Numbered from the stretch's first letter, positions 51,111 through 62,023 are shown. The stretch: DNA of 64,000 nt from Gemmatimonadaceae bacterium (GCA_051859245.1 JBHYGA010000004.1:352001-416000), one strand, 5' to 3'. The notes: generated by a model not told the origin, from the sequence alone. A program made the numbers and translations.

Positions 51111-51746
51111 ATGGCTTTAATCGCCCGTCAGAAAACACCGCTTGAGCAGGGAGGCGTACGCGAACAGCTGCGCGCTCTCGATGATGCCGGCGTCGTGGGC
51201 GCATTCCTGGGTGGTGAAGAACGTGCCTTCCAGGAACTGGTTGATCGCTATCAGGGTCGACTGCTGAACTTTGTGTACCGTACCATCGGTGATCGCGATC
51301 GCGCCGAAGACCTCGTCCAAGAGGTGTTCATCCGCGTGTACCGCCACATCAGCCGATTTGATCGGTCCAAGAAGTTCTCCACGTGGATCTACACCATTGC
51401 CTCGAATCTGGCCAAGAACGAGCTGCGCAACCGCTCGCGCAATCCGCTCGTGCTCTTCCAGGCCATTCGCGCCAAGTTCGAAGATGAAGACCGTCCGTTG
51501 CAGTTCGAGGACACGCAGTACCGGCCCGATGATCTCTTCCGCAAGCGTCATCTGCGGGAAATGGTCGAGCGTACGGTCGCCCAGCTGCCAGCCCATCACC
51601 GCGAGGTGTTTGTGCTCCGTGAGCTTGAGGGCAAGTCGTACGAAGAAATCGCCGAGATTACGGGTGTGAACCTGGGCACGGTGAAATCGCGCCTCAACCG
51701 CGCGCGCACAGCCTTCGCCGAGATCATCGAGCCGCTGGTTCAGTAA
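51111..51746 (+). CDS. ECF sigma factor (RpoE-like)
   Basis: AEDLVQEVF, FSTWIYTIA.N, SYEEIAEITG..LGTVKSRLNRAR; RBS AGGAG. Confidence 0.93.
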   Translation: MALIARQKTPLEQGGVREQLRALDDAGVVGAFLGGEERAFQELVDRYQGRLLNFVYRTIGDRDRAEDLVQEVFIRVYRHISRFDRSKKFSTWIYTIASNLAKNELRNRSRNPLVLFQAIRAKFEDEDRPLQFEDTQYRPDDLFRKRHLREMVERTVAQLPAHHREVFVLRELEGKSYEEIAEITGVNLGTVKSRLNRARTAFAEIIEPLVQ

Positions 51747-51959
51747 CCGAACTTCAGGGCAGTTTCCAGCCGGCATATCCGACGTCAAAACTCGGATCTG
51801 CCGGTTTGGTGCAATTCCGGTACAAGGCGTGTAGAATCCCGCAGAGCCTGTGGCGATCTCAACCATTGTGAGAGGAACGGATTGACTCTCAATGGGTATC
51901 GTCACGCAGACCCTTTACGTGCCCCGCGGGTTTTCCCGCGTGCAAGGATTGCTGCTTCG

Positions 51960-52547
51960 ATGGACTGCCGGACTTTTCGTAAGCATCATCTCTCGTACCT
52001 CGACGACACGTTGTCGGGGGATCTGATGGCCGATGCGCAGCTGCACGTGATGGACTGCGACACGTGCGCCGCTCACGACACGATGGTGCGTCGCTCGCTG
52101 ATGCTGGTGCGCAACCTGCCATCGATTGAGCCATCGCAGGCGTTCAGCACACGACTGCAGGAACGCTTGGCGGCCTGCAAAGCGCAGCCGGCATCGGCGG
52201 ATGACGATGCGTATCTGGATGGTTTTCTCGACGCGCCGAGTGAACGCTCCGGACTGCGGGTGATGAGCGGATCTCGGCTCTGGCTGGCCATGGCGGCAGG
52301 GGTCACGGTGGTTGGTTCCGTGGCCCTTCGTAGCACCACGGTGCAGGCGAGCGAGCTGCAGATGGCACCAGTCATGGCATCGGCACCGGCGCTGCCGGCA
52401 CCCGAGCCCAGCATGGTGTCGGCGGAGCTGATGCAAGCGATGGCGTCGGGGAATCCGATGTGGTCCATGGCGCTGTTGCTTGAAGATGCGCCGGCACACT
52501 TTCTCGCCACGTCTACCGATTTCGAGCTCGCGTCTTTCGAACGCTGA
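51960..52547 (+). CDS. Zinc-finger (ZAS) anti-sigma factor with one TM helix
   Basis: MDC...YLD..L....HVMDCDTC (HxxxCxxC); TM segment; follows the ECF gene. Confidence 0.8.
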   Translation: MDCRTFRKHHLSYLDDTLSGDLMADAQLHVMDCDTCAAHDTMVRRSLMLVRNLPSIEPSQAFSTRLQERLAACKAQPASADDDAYLDGFLDAPSERSGLRVMSGSRLWLAMAAGVTVVGSVALRSTTVQASELQMAPVMASAPALPAPEPSMVSAELMQAMASGNPMWSMALLLEDAPAHFLATSTDFELASFER

Positions 52548-52551
52548 CCAG

Positions 52552-52582
52552 ACGCCGCGCCTCAATGGCGCGGCGTTTTTTT
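52552..52582 (+). terminator. Rho-independent terminator
   Basis: ACGCCGCGCC-TCAAT-GGCGCGGCGT followed by a T-run. Confidence 0.85.
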
Positions 52583-52644
52583 GCGGCGACATGCAAATGA
52601 CGGAGCCAGTCGGGCCACTCGCTCGCGGGCATTAGGTTTAGCGC

Positions 52645-53802
52645 ATGTCGCGCCCTGCCCCGCGTTCTCGCCCTGCTTCGTCAGCACGCGCCGCCGCGCC
52701 CCCATCTGCCGATGGCTACAAAACGGTGCGTGCGGCCATTGATGCGCGCGTGTTTGCGCCGGTGTACTACCTGCACGGCGACGATGATTTCCTGAAGGAC
52801 GCATCGTTGCAATCACTGCTCGACGCCGCGCTTGATCCGTCCACGCGCGACTTCAACTGTGAAGTGCGCTACGGCGCCGAGCTTGATGCAGAAACCATCG
52901 GTAGTTTGCTGGGCACGCCGCCCATGCTCGCCGAACGTCGCGCGGTGGTTGTGCGCGATGTGCATTTGCTCAAGAAGGCCGTACGCGCTGAACTGGATCG
53001 ATATCTCGCCAAACCTGCGAGTGATACGCTCGCGGTGCTGGTGGCGCCGGCCGGCCAGAGTGCGGATGCAGGGCTGGTGACCAAGTCCACCGCGTGTGTG
53101 TTTGAAGCACTGACACCGGAGCGGGTACGCAAATGGATTGCGCACTACGCGACAACGACACTCGCGGTGACTGTGACCACGGAAGCTGCGGCGCTGCTGC
53201 AGCAATCGGTTGGCAGTGATTTGCAACAGCTGTCGGCGGAACTTGATAAGTGCGCGAGTTATGCCCGTGGTGCGGCCGGTCTGGGCGTTGCGGATGCGAC
53301 CATCGATGCACCGGTGGTGATTATCGATGATGCGGCCGTGAGTGCGGTTGTTGGTGTGCGTCGCGGTGAAACAGCGGTTGACCTGCTCGACGCCATTGCG
53401 GCGCGCGATATGTCACGAGCGATCATGCTGGTGCCGTTTGTGCTGTCGCAACCCAAGGTGAATGCGGTGCAAGTGGTGATGATGCTGGCGACACAAACAC
53501 TCGCCCTGTCGTGGGCGCGTGCAAAGCGCGACGCTGGTTGGAACACTGGACAGGTGGCGCGTGAGTTCATGAACTATTTGCGCGACGTTGGCGGTGGGAT
53601 GGTGGGACGTCCGTGGGGTGAAGCCACGAGCGCGTGGGTTCGTGCGGTCGACCAATGGACGGCGGCGGAATTGCGCCGCGCGCGCAGCCTGCTGCTCGAT
53701 GCTGATATTGCGCTGAAAGACACGAAGGTATCCAACGAGGAGCAGATCATGGTGTCGCTTGTACTTGCACTGGCCAAGCCAGCTCGTGGGCGTGCGGCGT
53801 GA
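52645..53802 (+). CDS. holA: DNA polymerase III subunit delta
   Basis: PVYYLHGDDDF, DFN, TPPMLAERRAVVVRD, ELDK, LLDADIALK. Confidence 0.88.
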   Translation: MSRPAPRSRPASSARAAAPPSADGYKTVRAAIDARVFAPVYYLHGDDDFLKDASLQSLLDAALDPSTRDFNCEVRYGAELDAETIGSLLGTPPMLAERRAVVVRDVHLLKKAVRAELDRYLAKPASDTLAVLVAPAGQSADAGLVTKSTACVFEALTPERVRKWIAHYATTTLAVTVTTEAAALLQQSVGSDLQQLSAELDKCASYARGAAGLGVADATIDAPVVIIDDAAVSAVVGVRRGETAVDLLDAIAARDMSRAIMLVPFVLSQPKVNAVQVVMMLATQTLALSWARAKRDAGWNTGQVAREFMNYLRDVGGGMVGRPWGEATSAWVRAVDQWTAAELRRARSLLLDADIALKDTKVSNEEQIMVSLVLALAKPARGRAA

Positions 53803-54830
53803 ACACGCGAACCGCTTTTGTAATTGTTGGAAGCGCGATCGCGTTGGCGCTGGCGCCGGGCGCCGCCGATTACACGCCGCTGGTCGCCACGCCGCTCGCG
53901 GCGCAGGAAGTCGCGAGCGTTGATCAGGTGGTGGGGCGGGCACGCGCCCTCGTGGAATCAGGGAACGGACGCGCTGGTCGTTTACTGCTCGACTCCCTTG
54001 TCGCGCGCACCCCGGTGGGCACGCCCGCGCTCGGTGAGTTGCTGTACTGGCGCGGATTGTTGTCGGAGTCGGGCAGTGACGCTGAGCGGGATTGGCGCCG
54101 TTTGCTACTCGAAGTCCCCATGTCGCCTCGCGCAGAGGATGCCACGCTCCGATTGGCACAACTCGAACTCACGCGTGGACGCGCGGAGGGCGCACGGACG
54201 TTGCTTGAGCGCATGGCGCGCGACTATTCCGGGCCAGCAAGTCAGGCGCGCGTGCATTTCTGGATCGCGCGCGTGTATTTCGACGTGAACGACAAGCCAC
54301 GCGCGTGCGGCGCGCTCGACATTGCCAGACGTGATATGCCCGCCGGTGCGGTAGAACTGCGCACGCAGGCGGAAGATTTGCGTTCGCGTTGTCGCGGTAT
54401 CACGGCGGTTGCGCCAATTGCGGGTGCATCAACTGCCGGCGCACCAACCCGCGTGGCCACGGAATCGCAGCCACCGGTTGTGGCACCGCCGGTTGCGACG
54501 GCGCAAACACAAGCGCCGCCGGTGCAGACGCCGCCGGCTCAGCCACCACGCACACAAACACCACCGCCGTCTGCACCAGCCGAGTCGAATGCGGCACGAC
54601 CCGACAACGCACGCTACAGCGTGCAGCTCGCGGCCTACTCGCGCGCCGATCAGGCGGCCGATCTTGTGCGCAAGCTCGCGCCGCGCGGCGTTGACGCGCG
54701 CGTGGACGGCACCTCGAATCCGTTCCGAGTGCGTACTGGGTATTTCGCCACGCGGGCGCAGGCATCGGCGCGGCTGGCCGAGCTCAAAGCGAAAGGCATT
54801 GACGGTTTTGTGGCGGAGCTCACGCCGTGA
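53799..54830 (+). CDS. TPR plus SPOR domain protein
   Basis: Signal peptide, TPR-like helices, Pro-rich linker, YSVQLAAY...FRVRTG.F. Confidence 0.85.
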   Translation: MNTRTAFVIVGSAIALALAPGAADYTPLVATPLAAQEVASVDQVVGRARALVESGNGRAGRLLLDSLVARTPVGTPALGELLYWRGLLSESGSDAERDWRRLLLEVPMSPRAEDATLRLAQLELTRGRAEGARTLLERMARDYSGPASQARVHFWIARVYFDVNDKPRACGALDIARRDMPAGAVELRTQAEDLRSRCRGITAVAPIAGASTAGAPTRVATESQPPVVAPPVATAQTQAPPVQTPPAQPPRTQTPPPSAPAESNAARPDNARYSVQLAAYSRADQAADLVRKLAPRGVDARVDGTSNPFRVRTGYFATRAQASARLAELKAKGIDGFVAELTP

Positions 54831-57610
54831 GCGGTGCGAGTACGCCGTTGATGCAACAGTACCGGGAAATCAAATCGCAGCATCAGGACGCGATTCTGTT
54901 TTTTCGGATGGGCGATTTTTATGAAATGTTTTACGAAGACGCAGAGACGGCGTCGCGCGCGCTCGGGCTCACGCTGACATCGCGAAACAACGGTGGTGCG
55001 GCCGAAGTGCCGCTGGCTGGTATTCCGGTCAAGGCAGCGGCCGACTATTTGCGCAAGTTGGTGCAGCAGGGATTTCGCGTGGCGGTGTGCGAGCAAGTGG
55101 AAGATCCGAAGCTGGCCAAGGGTCTCGTGAGACGCGAAGTCGTCGAAACGATCACGCCCGGCGCGGCTTTCGCCGATGATCTACTCGACGGTACGCGCGC
55201 CAACTACGTGGTAGCGATACACGTGGCTCCGCAGGCGAGCAGCGTGCTGCGCAACGAAGACACCGTACAGGTTGGTATTGCTGCGGCCGATCTCTCCACG
55301 GGAGAGCTGCGCGTGATGCGCGTGAGCGCGGGCGACGCACCCGCGCATCTCGCGCGCCTCGCACCGCGCGAGCTCGTGATGGCGCGTGGCGCAGAGATCG
55401 GTCCAAATGGTGGCGCGCTCTCGCGCGCGTTGCGTGCGGTGGATGGCGTGCTGCGCACAGAGCGTGACGCGTGGGAGTTCGACAGTTTACTCGCTCACGA
55501 AGAACTGCCGCGTCAGTTCCAGGTGGCGTCGCTGGAAGGACTCGGCTTTGGTACAGCCGACGATGCGGAAGCGGTTAGCGCACTTGGCGCATTGATTCGC
55601 TATTTGCGTGTGCTGCAGCCCGGAGGGTTGCCACATCTCGCGCGTCCGGTGATGGAGCATGCGGGCAGCACGATGCCGCTTGATGAAATGACCCGACGCA
55701 ATCTTGAGCTGGTGGAATCACTGCGCGGTGGCACGGACGGCACGCTGTTGTCGGTGCTCGATCACACCGCCACTCCAATGGGTGCGCGGCTGCTGCGGCA
55801 GTGGTTGCTGTCGCCGCTCGTGGAGCGGGCCGCGATTGAAGCGCGACTGCATGCGGTGGATGCGCTCGCGCGCAGTCCGGTGCATCGCGCAACACTTCGC
55901 GATGCGCTCGACGGCGTGCGCGATGTTGAGCGACTCGCAAGCAAAGCTGCCGCCGGGCGCGCAACGCCGCGCGAGCTGCGGGCCCTTGGTGATTCGCTGG
56001 CCCGACTGCCACGCGTGTACACTGTCGCGCTCGACATTGTGAGCGACGCGGAACGTGCGCATCGCATGCCGGGCGCGCTCGCCGTGTTGCTCAGTGCGTG
56101 GGACGATCTGGCCACGTTGTCGCAGGAAATCCAGCGCGTGCTGGTGGAGCGTCCGCCGTTGCAGCTTGGCGATGAACCCACCATTGCAACCGGCGTTGAT
56201 GCGGAGCTGGATGAGCTGCGCACGATTCGCGATGGTGGCAAGGATGCAATCGCGACGATTCAGGCCGAAGAACGCGCTCGTACCGGCATTCAATCGTTGA
56301 AGGTTGGATACAACCGGGTGTTCGGGTACTATCTCGAAATTTCCAATGCGAACCGACAGCTGGTACCGGCAGACTATCAGCGTCGTCAGACGCTCACGGG
56401 CGCTGAACGATATGTGACACCAGCGCTCAAGGAGTACGAGGAGAAAGTGCTGGGCGCAGCGGATCGCATTGAGCTGCGCGAACGTGAACTGTTCGAGCAA
56501 GTGCGCATGCAGGCGGGTGCGGAGATCGTGCGCTTGCAGGCGGTGGCCCGGCGTGTTGCGACGCTTGATGTGCTCGCCACCTTGGCCGATGTCGCGGAAC
56601 GCGAGCAGTATGTGCGTCCGGAGTTGCACGACGGCTTCGACATGCAGATCTCGGCGGGCCGGCATCCGGTCGTTGAACGCATGATGGCGCGCGAAAAGTT
56701 TATTCCGAACGATCTGCAGCTTACGGATGACGCACGTTTGATCATTCTGACCGGGCCAAACATGGCCGGCAAAAGCACGATCCTGCGTCAGATCGGATTA
56801 ATTCAGTTGATGGCGCAGATCGGTGCCTTTGTGCCGGCGCGTTCGGCGCGACTGCCGGTCACTGATCGATTGTTCACGCGCGTTGGCGCGAGTGATAATC
56901 TGGTGCGTGGCCAAAGTACGTTCATGGTGGAGATGAGCGAAACAAGTGCCATTCTGCATACGGCCACTGCGCGCTCCCTCGTATTGCTCGACGAAATCGG
57001 ACGCGGTACCGCCACGTATGACGGTGTGTCGATTGCGTGGAGTGTGAGCGAACATTTGCATGATGCGATTGGATGCAAAACAGTGTTTGCCACACACTAT
57101 CACGAGCTCACGCAGCTGGCAGAAGAGCTGTCGTCGGTGCGCAACTTTACGGTGGCCGTGCGTGAAGCGGGCGATCAGATTCTGTTTCTGCATCGCCTGA
57201 TTCCGGGCGGTGCTGATCGATCGTATGGTATTGAAGTGGGGCGCCTGGCCGGACTGCCGGCACCAGTGATCGGGCGCGCGAAAGAAGTGTTGGCGTTGCT
57301 TGAAGGAGATGGTGCACAAATGGCAGCGCGGCTCACCGCCGATGGGCTGCACGCGCCGGCCGGTAGCCGATCGCGCGGGCCGCGTGTGTCGCGTCCGGCA
57401 CGCGTTGCGTCGGAGCCGGCGGCCGATCAGCTCGGTTTTTTTGGCGAGACGGTGCGCGTAGAAGTTCGCACTGATCCGGCGCAACAGGCGCTCACGGATC
57501 GTTTGCGCGCGATCGATCCGAATCACCTCACCCCGCTTGAAGCGCTGCAACTGCTCGCCTCACTGCGCGACGACGCGGAGCGTATTCCCGCGAGCAACGA
57601 CGGCCGGTGA
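54827..57610 (+). CDS. mutS: DNA mismatch repair protein MutS
   Basis: TPLMQQY, FFRMGDFYEMF, TGPNMAGKST, STFMVEM, DEIGRGT, FATHYHEL, SYGIEV. Confidence 0.98.
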   Translation: MSGASTPLMQQYREIKSQHQDAILFFRMGDFYEMFYEDAETASRALGLTLTSRNNGGAAEVPLAGIPVKAAADYLRKLVQQGFRVAVCEQVEDPKLAKGLVRREVVETITPGAAFADDLLDGTRANYVVAIHVAPQASSVLRNEDTVQVGIAAADLSTGELRVMRVSAGDAPAHLARLAPRELVMARGAEIGPNGGALSRALRAVDGVLRTERDAWEFDSLLAHEELPRQFQVASLEGLGFGTADDAEAVSALGALIRYLRVLQPGGLPHLARPVMEHAGSTMPLDEMTRRNLELVESLRGGTDGTLLSVLDHTATPMGARLLRQWLLSPLVERAAIEARLHAVDALARSPVHRATLRDALDGVRDVERLASKAAAGRATPRELRALGDSLARLPRVYTVALDIVSDAERAHRMPGALAVLLSAWDDLATLSQEIQRVLVERPPLQLGDEPTIATGVDAELDELRTIRDGGKDAIATIQAEERARTGIQSLKVGYNRVFGYYLEISNANRQLVPADYQRRQTLTGAERYVTPALKEYEEKVLGAADRIELRERELFEQVRMQAGAEIVRLQAVARRVATLDVLATLADVAEREQYVRPELHDGFDMQISAGRHPVVERMMAREKFIPNDLQLTDDARLIILTGPNMAGKSTILRQIGLIQLMAQIGAFVPARSARLPVTDRLFTRVGASDNLVRGQSTFMVEMSETSAILHTATARSLVLLDEIGRGTATYDGVSIAWSVSEHLHDAIGCKTVFATHYHELTQLAEELSSVRNFTVAVREAGDQILFLHRLIPGGADRSYGIEVGRLAGLPAPVIGRAKEVLALLEGDGAQMAARLTADGLHAPAGSRSRGPRVSRPARVASEPAADQLGFFGETVRVEVRTDPAQQALTDRLRAIDPNHLTPLEALQLLASLRDDAERIPASNDGR

Positions 57611-58176
57611 AGAAACCCTCTCGCGCGGATCTCGCCGCCGCGGTGTCGCTCACGGTGCCGGATGTGATCGCTCCGGATCTGAAGGTGTTGTTCTGCGGCA
57701 TTAATCCCGGACTCTATACGGCCGCGATCGGTCATCACTTTGGCCGCCCTGGCAATCGCTTCTGGCCCGTGTTGCACGCGAGTGGCTTTACGCCGCGGCA
57801 GTTCGCGCCCTGGGAAGAGCAGGAACTGTTACCGCTGGGTTTCGGCATTACGAACGTGGTGGCCAGAACGACCGCCACCGCAGCCGAACTCGAGCCCGAT
57901 GAAATCGTGGAAGGCGGACGCCTGCTGACGGCGAAAGTGGAGCGTTACCAACCGCGTGTGCTCGCCGTGCTGGGCGTGGGCGCGTATCGTACGGCCTTCG
58001 GCCAACGGAAGGCCGTGATGGGACCACAGGATCACACCATCGGTAGAACAGGGGTGTGGGTGCTGCCCAACCCGTCGGGGCTGAACGCGAACTACCAGCG
58101 GGACGCCCTCACGTACATGTTTGGTTTGCTGCTCTCGTCGGTCCAAGGGTGCATTCTCACCTCGGCGTCCCGCTGA
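57607..58176 (+). CDS. mug: G/U mismatch-specific DNA glycosylase
   Basis: LFCGINPG, HHFGRPGNRFW, VLPNPSGLN. Confidence 0.95.
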   Translation: MKKPSRADLAAAVSLTVPDVIAPDLKVLFCGINPGLYTAAIGHHFGRPGNRFWPVLHASGFTPRQFAPWEEQELLPLGFGITNVVARTTATAAELEPDEIVEGGRLLTAKVERYQPRVLAVLGVGAYRTAFGQRKAVMGPQDHTIGRTGVWVLPNPSGLNANYQRDALTYMFGLLLSSVQGCILTSASR

Positions 58177-58196
58177 TTCTTCCACGTCATTGCCGT

Positions 58197-59027
58197 ATGC
58201 GCTTTTCCTCTTCGATGCTTCGGCCTGCCGCGTTGCTCGCGACGGTGTTGGTCATTGCGTGCGGCAGTGATGCCCTCAGCGATGATCTCAAAGGCGCCTC
58301 GCCACTCACCGTACGAAAGCGCACGCCCGAGTATCGGGCCGAAGTCGTGCGCGAGTACCCGCACGATACGCTGGCGTTCACGCAGGGTTTGCAGTGGGTG
58401 GACGGCCAGCTCTACGAAGGCACCGGCGAAATTGGCTCGTCGAACATTCGCCGCGTTGAACTCAGCAGCGGGAAGGTGTTGCAGCGACGTGATCTGCCGG
58501 CGCCGCATTTTGGTGAAGGCATTACGGTGTTCGGCGACAAGTTGTATCAGCTCACGTGGAAATCGGGCACCGCGTTTGTCTATGATCGCAGCACCTTTGC
58601 TCCCAAGGGTGAGTTCCGCTACGAAGGCGAGGGCTGGGGTCTCACCAGCGATGGATCGCAGCTCATCATGAGCAACGGTACGCCCGTGCTGAAATTCCTG
58701 AATCCGTCAACCTTTGAGACGTTGCGCAGTGTGGCTGTGACCGAAAATGGCACGCCGGTGAGCGCGCTCAACGAACTGGAGTGGGTGAAGGGAGAAATCT
58801 GGGCCAATGTGTGGATGCAGGATCGCATTGCGCGCATTGATCCACAGACGGGCGCAGTGATCGGTTGGATCAACCTGACCGGGCTCCTGCCCGCACCACT
58901 GCGTGCGGCGGCCGGCCGCATTGATGTGCTGAACGGCATCGCCTACGACGCTGCCGGTGACCGCATTTTTGTCACCGGCAAGCTGTGGCCGCGTGTGTAC
59001 GAGATTCAGCTGCGCCCGGTCAACTGA
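58197..59027 (+). CDS. Glutaminyl-peptide cyclotransferase (lipoprotein)
   Basis: YPHD..AFTQGL, FGEGIT, YQLTW, EGWGLT, LNELEW, ANVW, VLNGIAYD, TGKLW. Confidence 0.93.
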   Translation: MRFSSSMLRPAALLATVLVIACGSDALSDDLKGASPLTVRKRTPEYRAEVVREYPHDTLAFTQGLQWVDGQLYEGTGEIGSSNIRRVELSSGKVLQRRDLPAPHFGEGITVFGDKLYQLTWKSGTAFVYDRSTFAPKGEFRYEGEGWGLTSDGSQLIMSNGTPVLKFLNPSTFETLRSVAVTENGTPVSALNELEWVKGEIWANVWMQDRIARIDPQTGAVIGWINLTGLLPAPLRAAAGRIDVLNGIAYDAAGDRIFVTGKLWPRVYEIQLRPVN

Positions 59028-59045
59028 GCGCGGCTGCACCCCGCG

Positions 59046-61367
59046 TTATCGCAAGCGCACAATCGCGAGTTGCACGTTGGCCGGCGGCGCTTGCCCATTG
59101 AATGACACCGACACCAGCGCGCGTTGCGCATTCGGCACGGTGAAGCGCAGATAGCTGCTGCCACCGCCAGCGAGCGTAACACGTCGCACCGCGTTTGATG
59201 TGAAGGTGCGCGTAGCCAACGGGTAGGTGCCGATGGGTTGACCACTCAGCGTAAGCGCTGGAAGGATGGAGCGGAAATTCCACGCGGGTACCGTGTACTC
59301 CGCCGCAACACCAGCCGCAAAGTCATCAGCAATGTTCGACACCGCCCAGTCGCGCAACCACGTGCTCAGCGCGCCGTTGGGAATGGCTGCCGAAAGATTC
59401 TCAATGCCGGTTCTCGGACCGCTCACCAGCTGACGATAGAACGCGGCTTCGCTCTGCGGTTGACGACCCGCTGCGTAGCGCAGGAAATGCCACGACGCAC
59501 CACGTGTTGCGAGCGAATCGTTTGACGCATAGGGTGATTGCGATTCCGGTGCGCGCAGATAGTTGGTCCACCGCGCAAAGTTCTGCGCCGCGTAATCGGT
59601 AAAGATCTGCGCCCTGGTGGCATTCGGTGCGACCTGCGTGAGACCGAGATTCTCGCGCGAGGTGAATCCGGCCAGTCGGAAGTACAGCAACTCTTCCGCC
59701 GTATGCGCGAGTCCTTCGTCGAGCCACACTTCTTCGTTGGTCGCCGCGTTTGGCGTGACCAGCAGTCGACGTCCCGAGTTGATCAGATGCTGGAACTCGT
59801 GCGCCACGGTGGTGCGATTGAGTCGCGTCACATCGGCTTTGCTGCGACGATTGCCATTGACCGCACCGTTCGGATCGGCCACGAGCAGGTACATCATTTC
59901 ACGTTCATTGCTGTTCGCACAGGCTGGCAATCCGTTGCGTGCGGTGCGCGGATACAGATCACGCGCAAAGAAGAATCCGCCCACAATGAAGTTGGCACCT
60001 TGCGGCGTGAGTTGGTTCACCGCGCGTGTGTAAAAGAGCGTGATCCGACCAAACCCACTCACGTTGGACGGCTCGCCGAAGTACTCCACGTCGAGTGGGT
60101 ACGTGAGTGTATCAAACGTGGCGGCAATGGCCGCGTACTCGTCGTCGGTGTAGCCGCCACTCGGATTCGTGGTGTCCGCCACAATCACCGCGCGTTGCGA
60201 GACGGCCACCACGCGGCCCGTGCGCATGTTCGGTTGCGAGCAGGCAGAAAGCGGTTGTGAATTCAGCTGCACAAAAGACCCAACCGCAGGCGGTTGGATT
60301 TGCGCCGACAAACCCGACAGGTCGTTGCGTCCACCACCGCCAAAGCGATCGCGTGCCGCACCAACATGCGCCGCGAGCTCGGTGCGTTCACGCCGGCGAA
60401 GCGCAAGCTCAAATCCGCCGTCACGCTGTTCTGCCGCCACGCTGTTCATAAGTGGTGCGGGCGCCATCGCCATGAACGCGGACGCCACCGACGCACTCGG
60501 CGCCGGCCCAACACCCAGCGCGAGGGCATCAAGCGCCGTGGTTGACGTGAACGTTGGATTCGCGTTGAGCGCGACGAGCGCAAACTCGGCGCCGGCCGAA
60601 GCGGCGGCAATGCATCGCTCCGCACTGCCGGTCGCGGCGTTCAGCAATACCACGCTTCCGACCGCCGGAGATACCGGCGTCCGGTTGCCACAAAATGATG
60701 TGCCGGGCGGACCAACAAGAACGTCGACTGTGTCGGCAATCGCGCCGGTTGGGCCGGTCGCGCTGACAACGGCACGACCCGTGCCCTGCGCGATGGCGGT
60801 GACCAAGCCGTTGGAGACAGAAATGATTGCCGGCTCGAGCGAACTCCACGAAAGCGCGAGCTGATCCACAAGATTTCCGAACTGATCGCGCGCGTTGGCC
60901 TGTACGCGAACCGTGTCGCCGACGCCGAGCGAGAGCGAACCGGGCGTGGTGACAAGTCGAGACGCTGCACCGGCGCGCACGGTGGCGGTAAACGTGACCG
61001 GTGCAACGCCTGACACATTCGCCGTGGCGATCACGGTGCCGGTTTGTGTGCCGAGCGTCCATTCCGATTGTGCGCGGCCTTCGTTGTTCGTTTGGACGGC
61101 GGTTGGCGACAGCGAGCCACCACCTGGCACCACGCCGAAGGTCACGCGGACATCGGGGATCGGCCGGCCGTCTTCATCGAGCACGGTGACGGCGAGCGCG
61201 ATGGGCAGTCGTTGCCCCACGACGCCGTCTTGCGAGTTGCCGCTTTCCACGCGAAGCGCCGAGGCGATTGGTGGTGGACCAGCCACGGATTCTCCTCCGC
61301 AGGCGGAGAGCATGGTGGCCGCCAGCAAGGAAAGCGCGAACGACGGAAGGAAACGGAAGCCGGGCAT
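59046..61367 (-). CDS. Ig-like repeat lipoprotein with gluzincin-type zinc metallopeptidase domain
   Basis: Lipobox LSAC; Big-1/Big-2-like N-terminus; TVAHEFQHLIN...WLDEGLA. Confidence 0.8.
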   Translation of the reverse strand: MPGFRFLPSFALSLLAATMLSACGGESVAGPPPIASALRVESGNSQDGVVGQRLPIALAVTVLDEDGRPIPDVRVTFGVVPGGGSLSPTAVQTNNEGRAQSEWTLGTQTGTVIATANVSGVAPVTFTATVRAGAASRLVTTPGSLSLGVGDTVRVQANARDQFGNLVDQLALSWSSLEPAIISVSNGLVTAIAQGTGRAVVSATGPTGAIADTVDVLVGPPGTSFCGNRTPVSPAVGSVVLLNAATGSAERCIAAASAGAEFALVALNANPTFTSTTALDALALGVGPAPSASVASAFMAMAPAPLMNSVAAEQRDGGFELALRRRERTELAAHVGAARDRFGGGGRNDLSGLSAQIQPPAVGSFVQLNSQPLSACSQPNMRTGRVVAVSQRAVIVADTTNPSGGYTDDEYAAIAATFDTLTYPLDVEYFGEPSNVSGFGRITLFYTRAVNQLTPQGANFIVGGFFFARDLYPRTARNGLPACANSNEREMMYLLVADPNGAVNGNRRSKADVTRLNRTTVAHEFQHLINSGRRLLVTPNAATNEEVWLDEGLAHTAEELLYFRLAGFTSRENLGLTQVAPNATRAQIFTDYAAQNFARWTNYLRAPESQSPYASNDSLATRGASWHFLRYAAGRQPQSEAAFYRQLVSGPRTGIENLSAAIPNGALSTWLRDWAVSNIADDFAAGVAAEYTVPAWNFRSILPALTLSGQPIGTYPLATRTFTSNAVRRVTLAGGGSSYLRFTVPNAQRALVSVSFNGQAPPANVQLAIVRLR

Positions 61368-61496
61368 AACGTGGGCCGGAGAAACGGTGCCGGCGCGCGA
61401 AGCCGGGTTCGACAGGCGGGTTGGGCAACAGGGGAACACAGAGGATTGTAGCGCCTCGATGCAACCCTCGTCGCTGGCTATGGTACATTTCACACT

Positions 61497-61970
61497 ATGT
61501 ACGACGGAAGTGTTCCCGCCCGCCCGCCGTTTCGTGGCGTGCGTTTCGAGGCTCTGGCCCCGCTGGTGTTCGCCGTTGCGCTGTCTGGCTGCGTAGGCGA
61601 ACCGGCGCGTTCAATTCGCTCCAGCGCCGAGGCGTTGATTCCGAGCGCCCTGGCGGCTGACGAACTGCCTGTGATGCTGAACGAGACGTCGCCTTTTTAC
61701 TACCCCGTCTCCGCGTGGGATCAGAAAATTCAGGGCAACGTGATGCTGCGCTTGCATGTGGACACCGACGGGCGGGCTGTGCGTGAGTCCACCACGGTGG
61801 CGCGCACGTCGGGTGTACCCTCACTTGATTCCGCCGCGGTGGCTGGTGCGGTCAAACTGCGTTTTCGTCCAGCTCGCCGGAGCGGCACGCCAACGGCCGT
61901 CAGTTTGCTCTTTCCGGTGCACTTTCGTCATCCTGATGGGCCGCCTTTTCCGGGCGATACGGTTCGCTGA
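61497..61970 (+). CDS. TonB C-terminal domain protein
   Basis: YP......IQGNVMLRLHVDTDG...SG...LDSAAV.....RFRPA..G......PVHF. Confidence 0.85.
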   Translation: MYDGSVPARPPFRGVRFEALAPLVFAVALSGCVGEPARSIRSSAEALIPSALAADELPVMLNETSPFYYPVSAWDQKIQGNVMLRLHVDTDGRAVRESTTVARTSGVPSLDSAAVAGAVKLRFRPARRSGTPTAVSLLFPVHFRHPDGPPFPGDTVR

Positions 61971-62023
61971 ACGCGAGCCCGACTTCGCCCAACTCGTACG
62001 TCACCCTCGACGCTCCCCTCGCC

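Noticed and set aside
51750..51959. RpoE-type promoter (GAACTT) between the sigma and anti-sigma genes
   Set aside because: No matching -10 element at the expected spacing.
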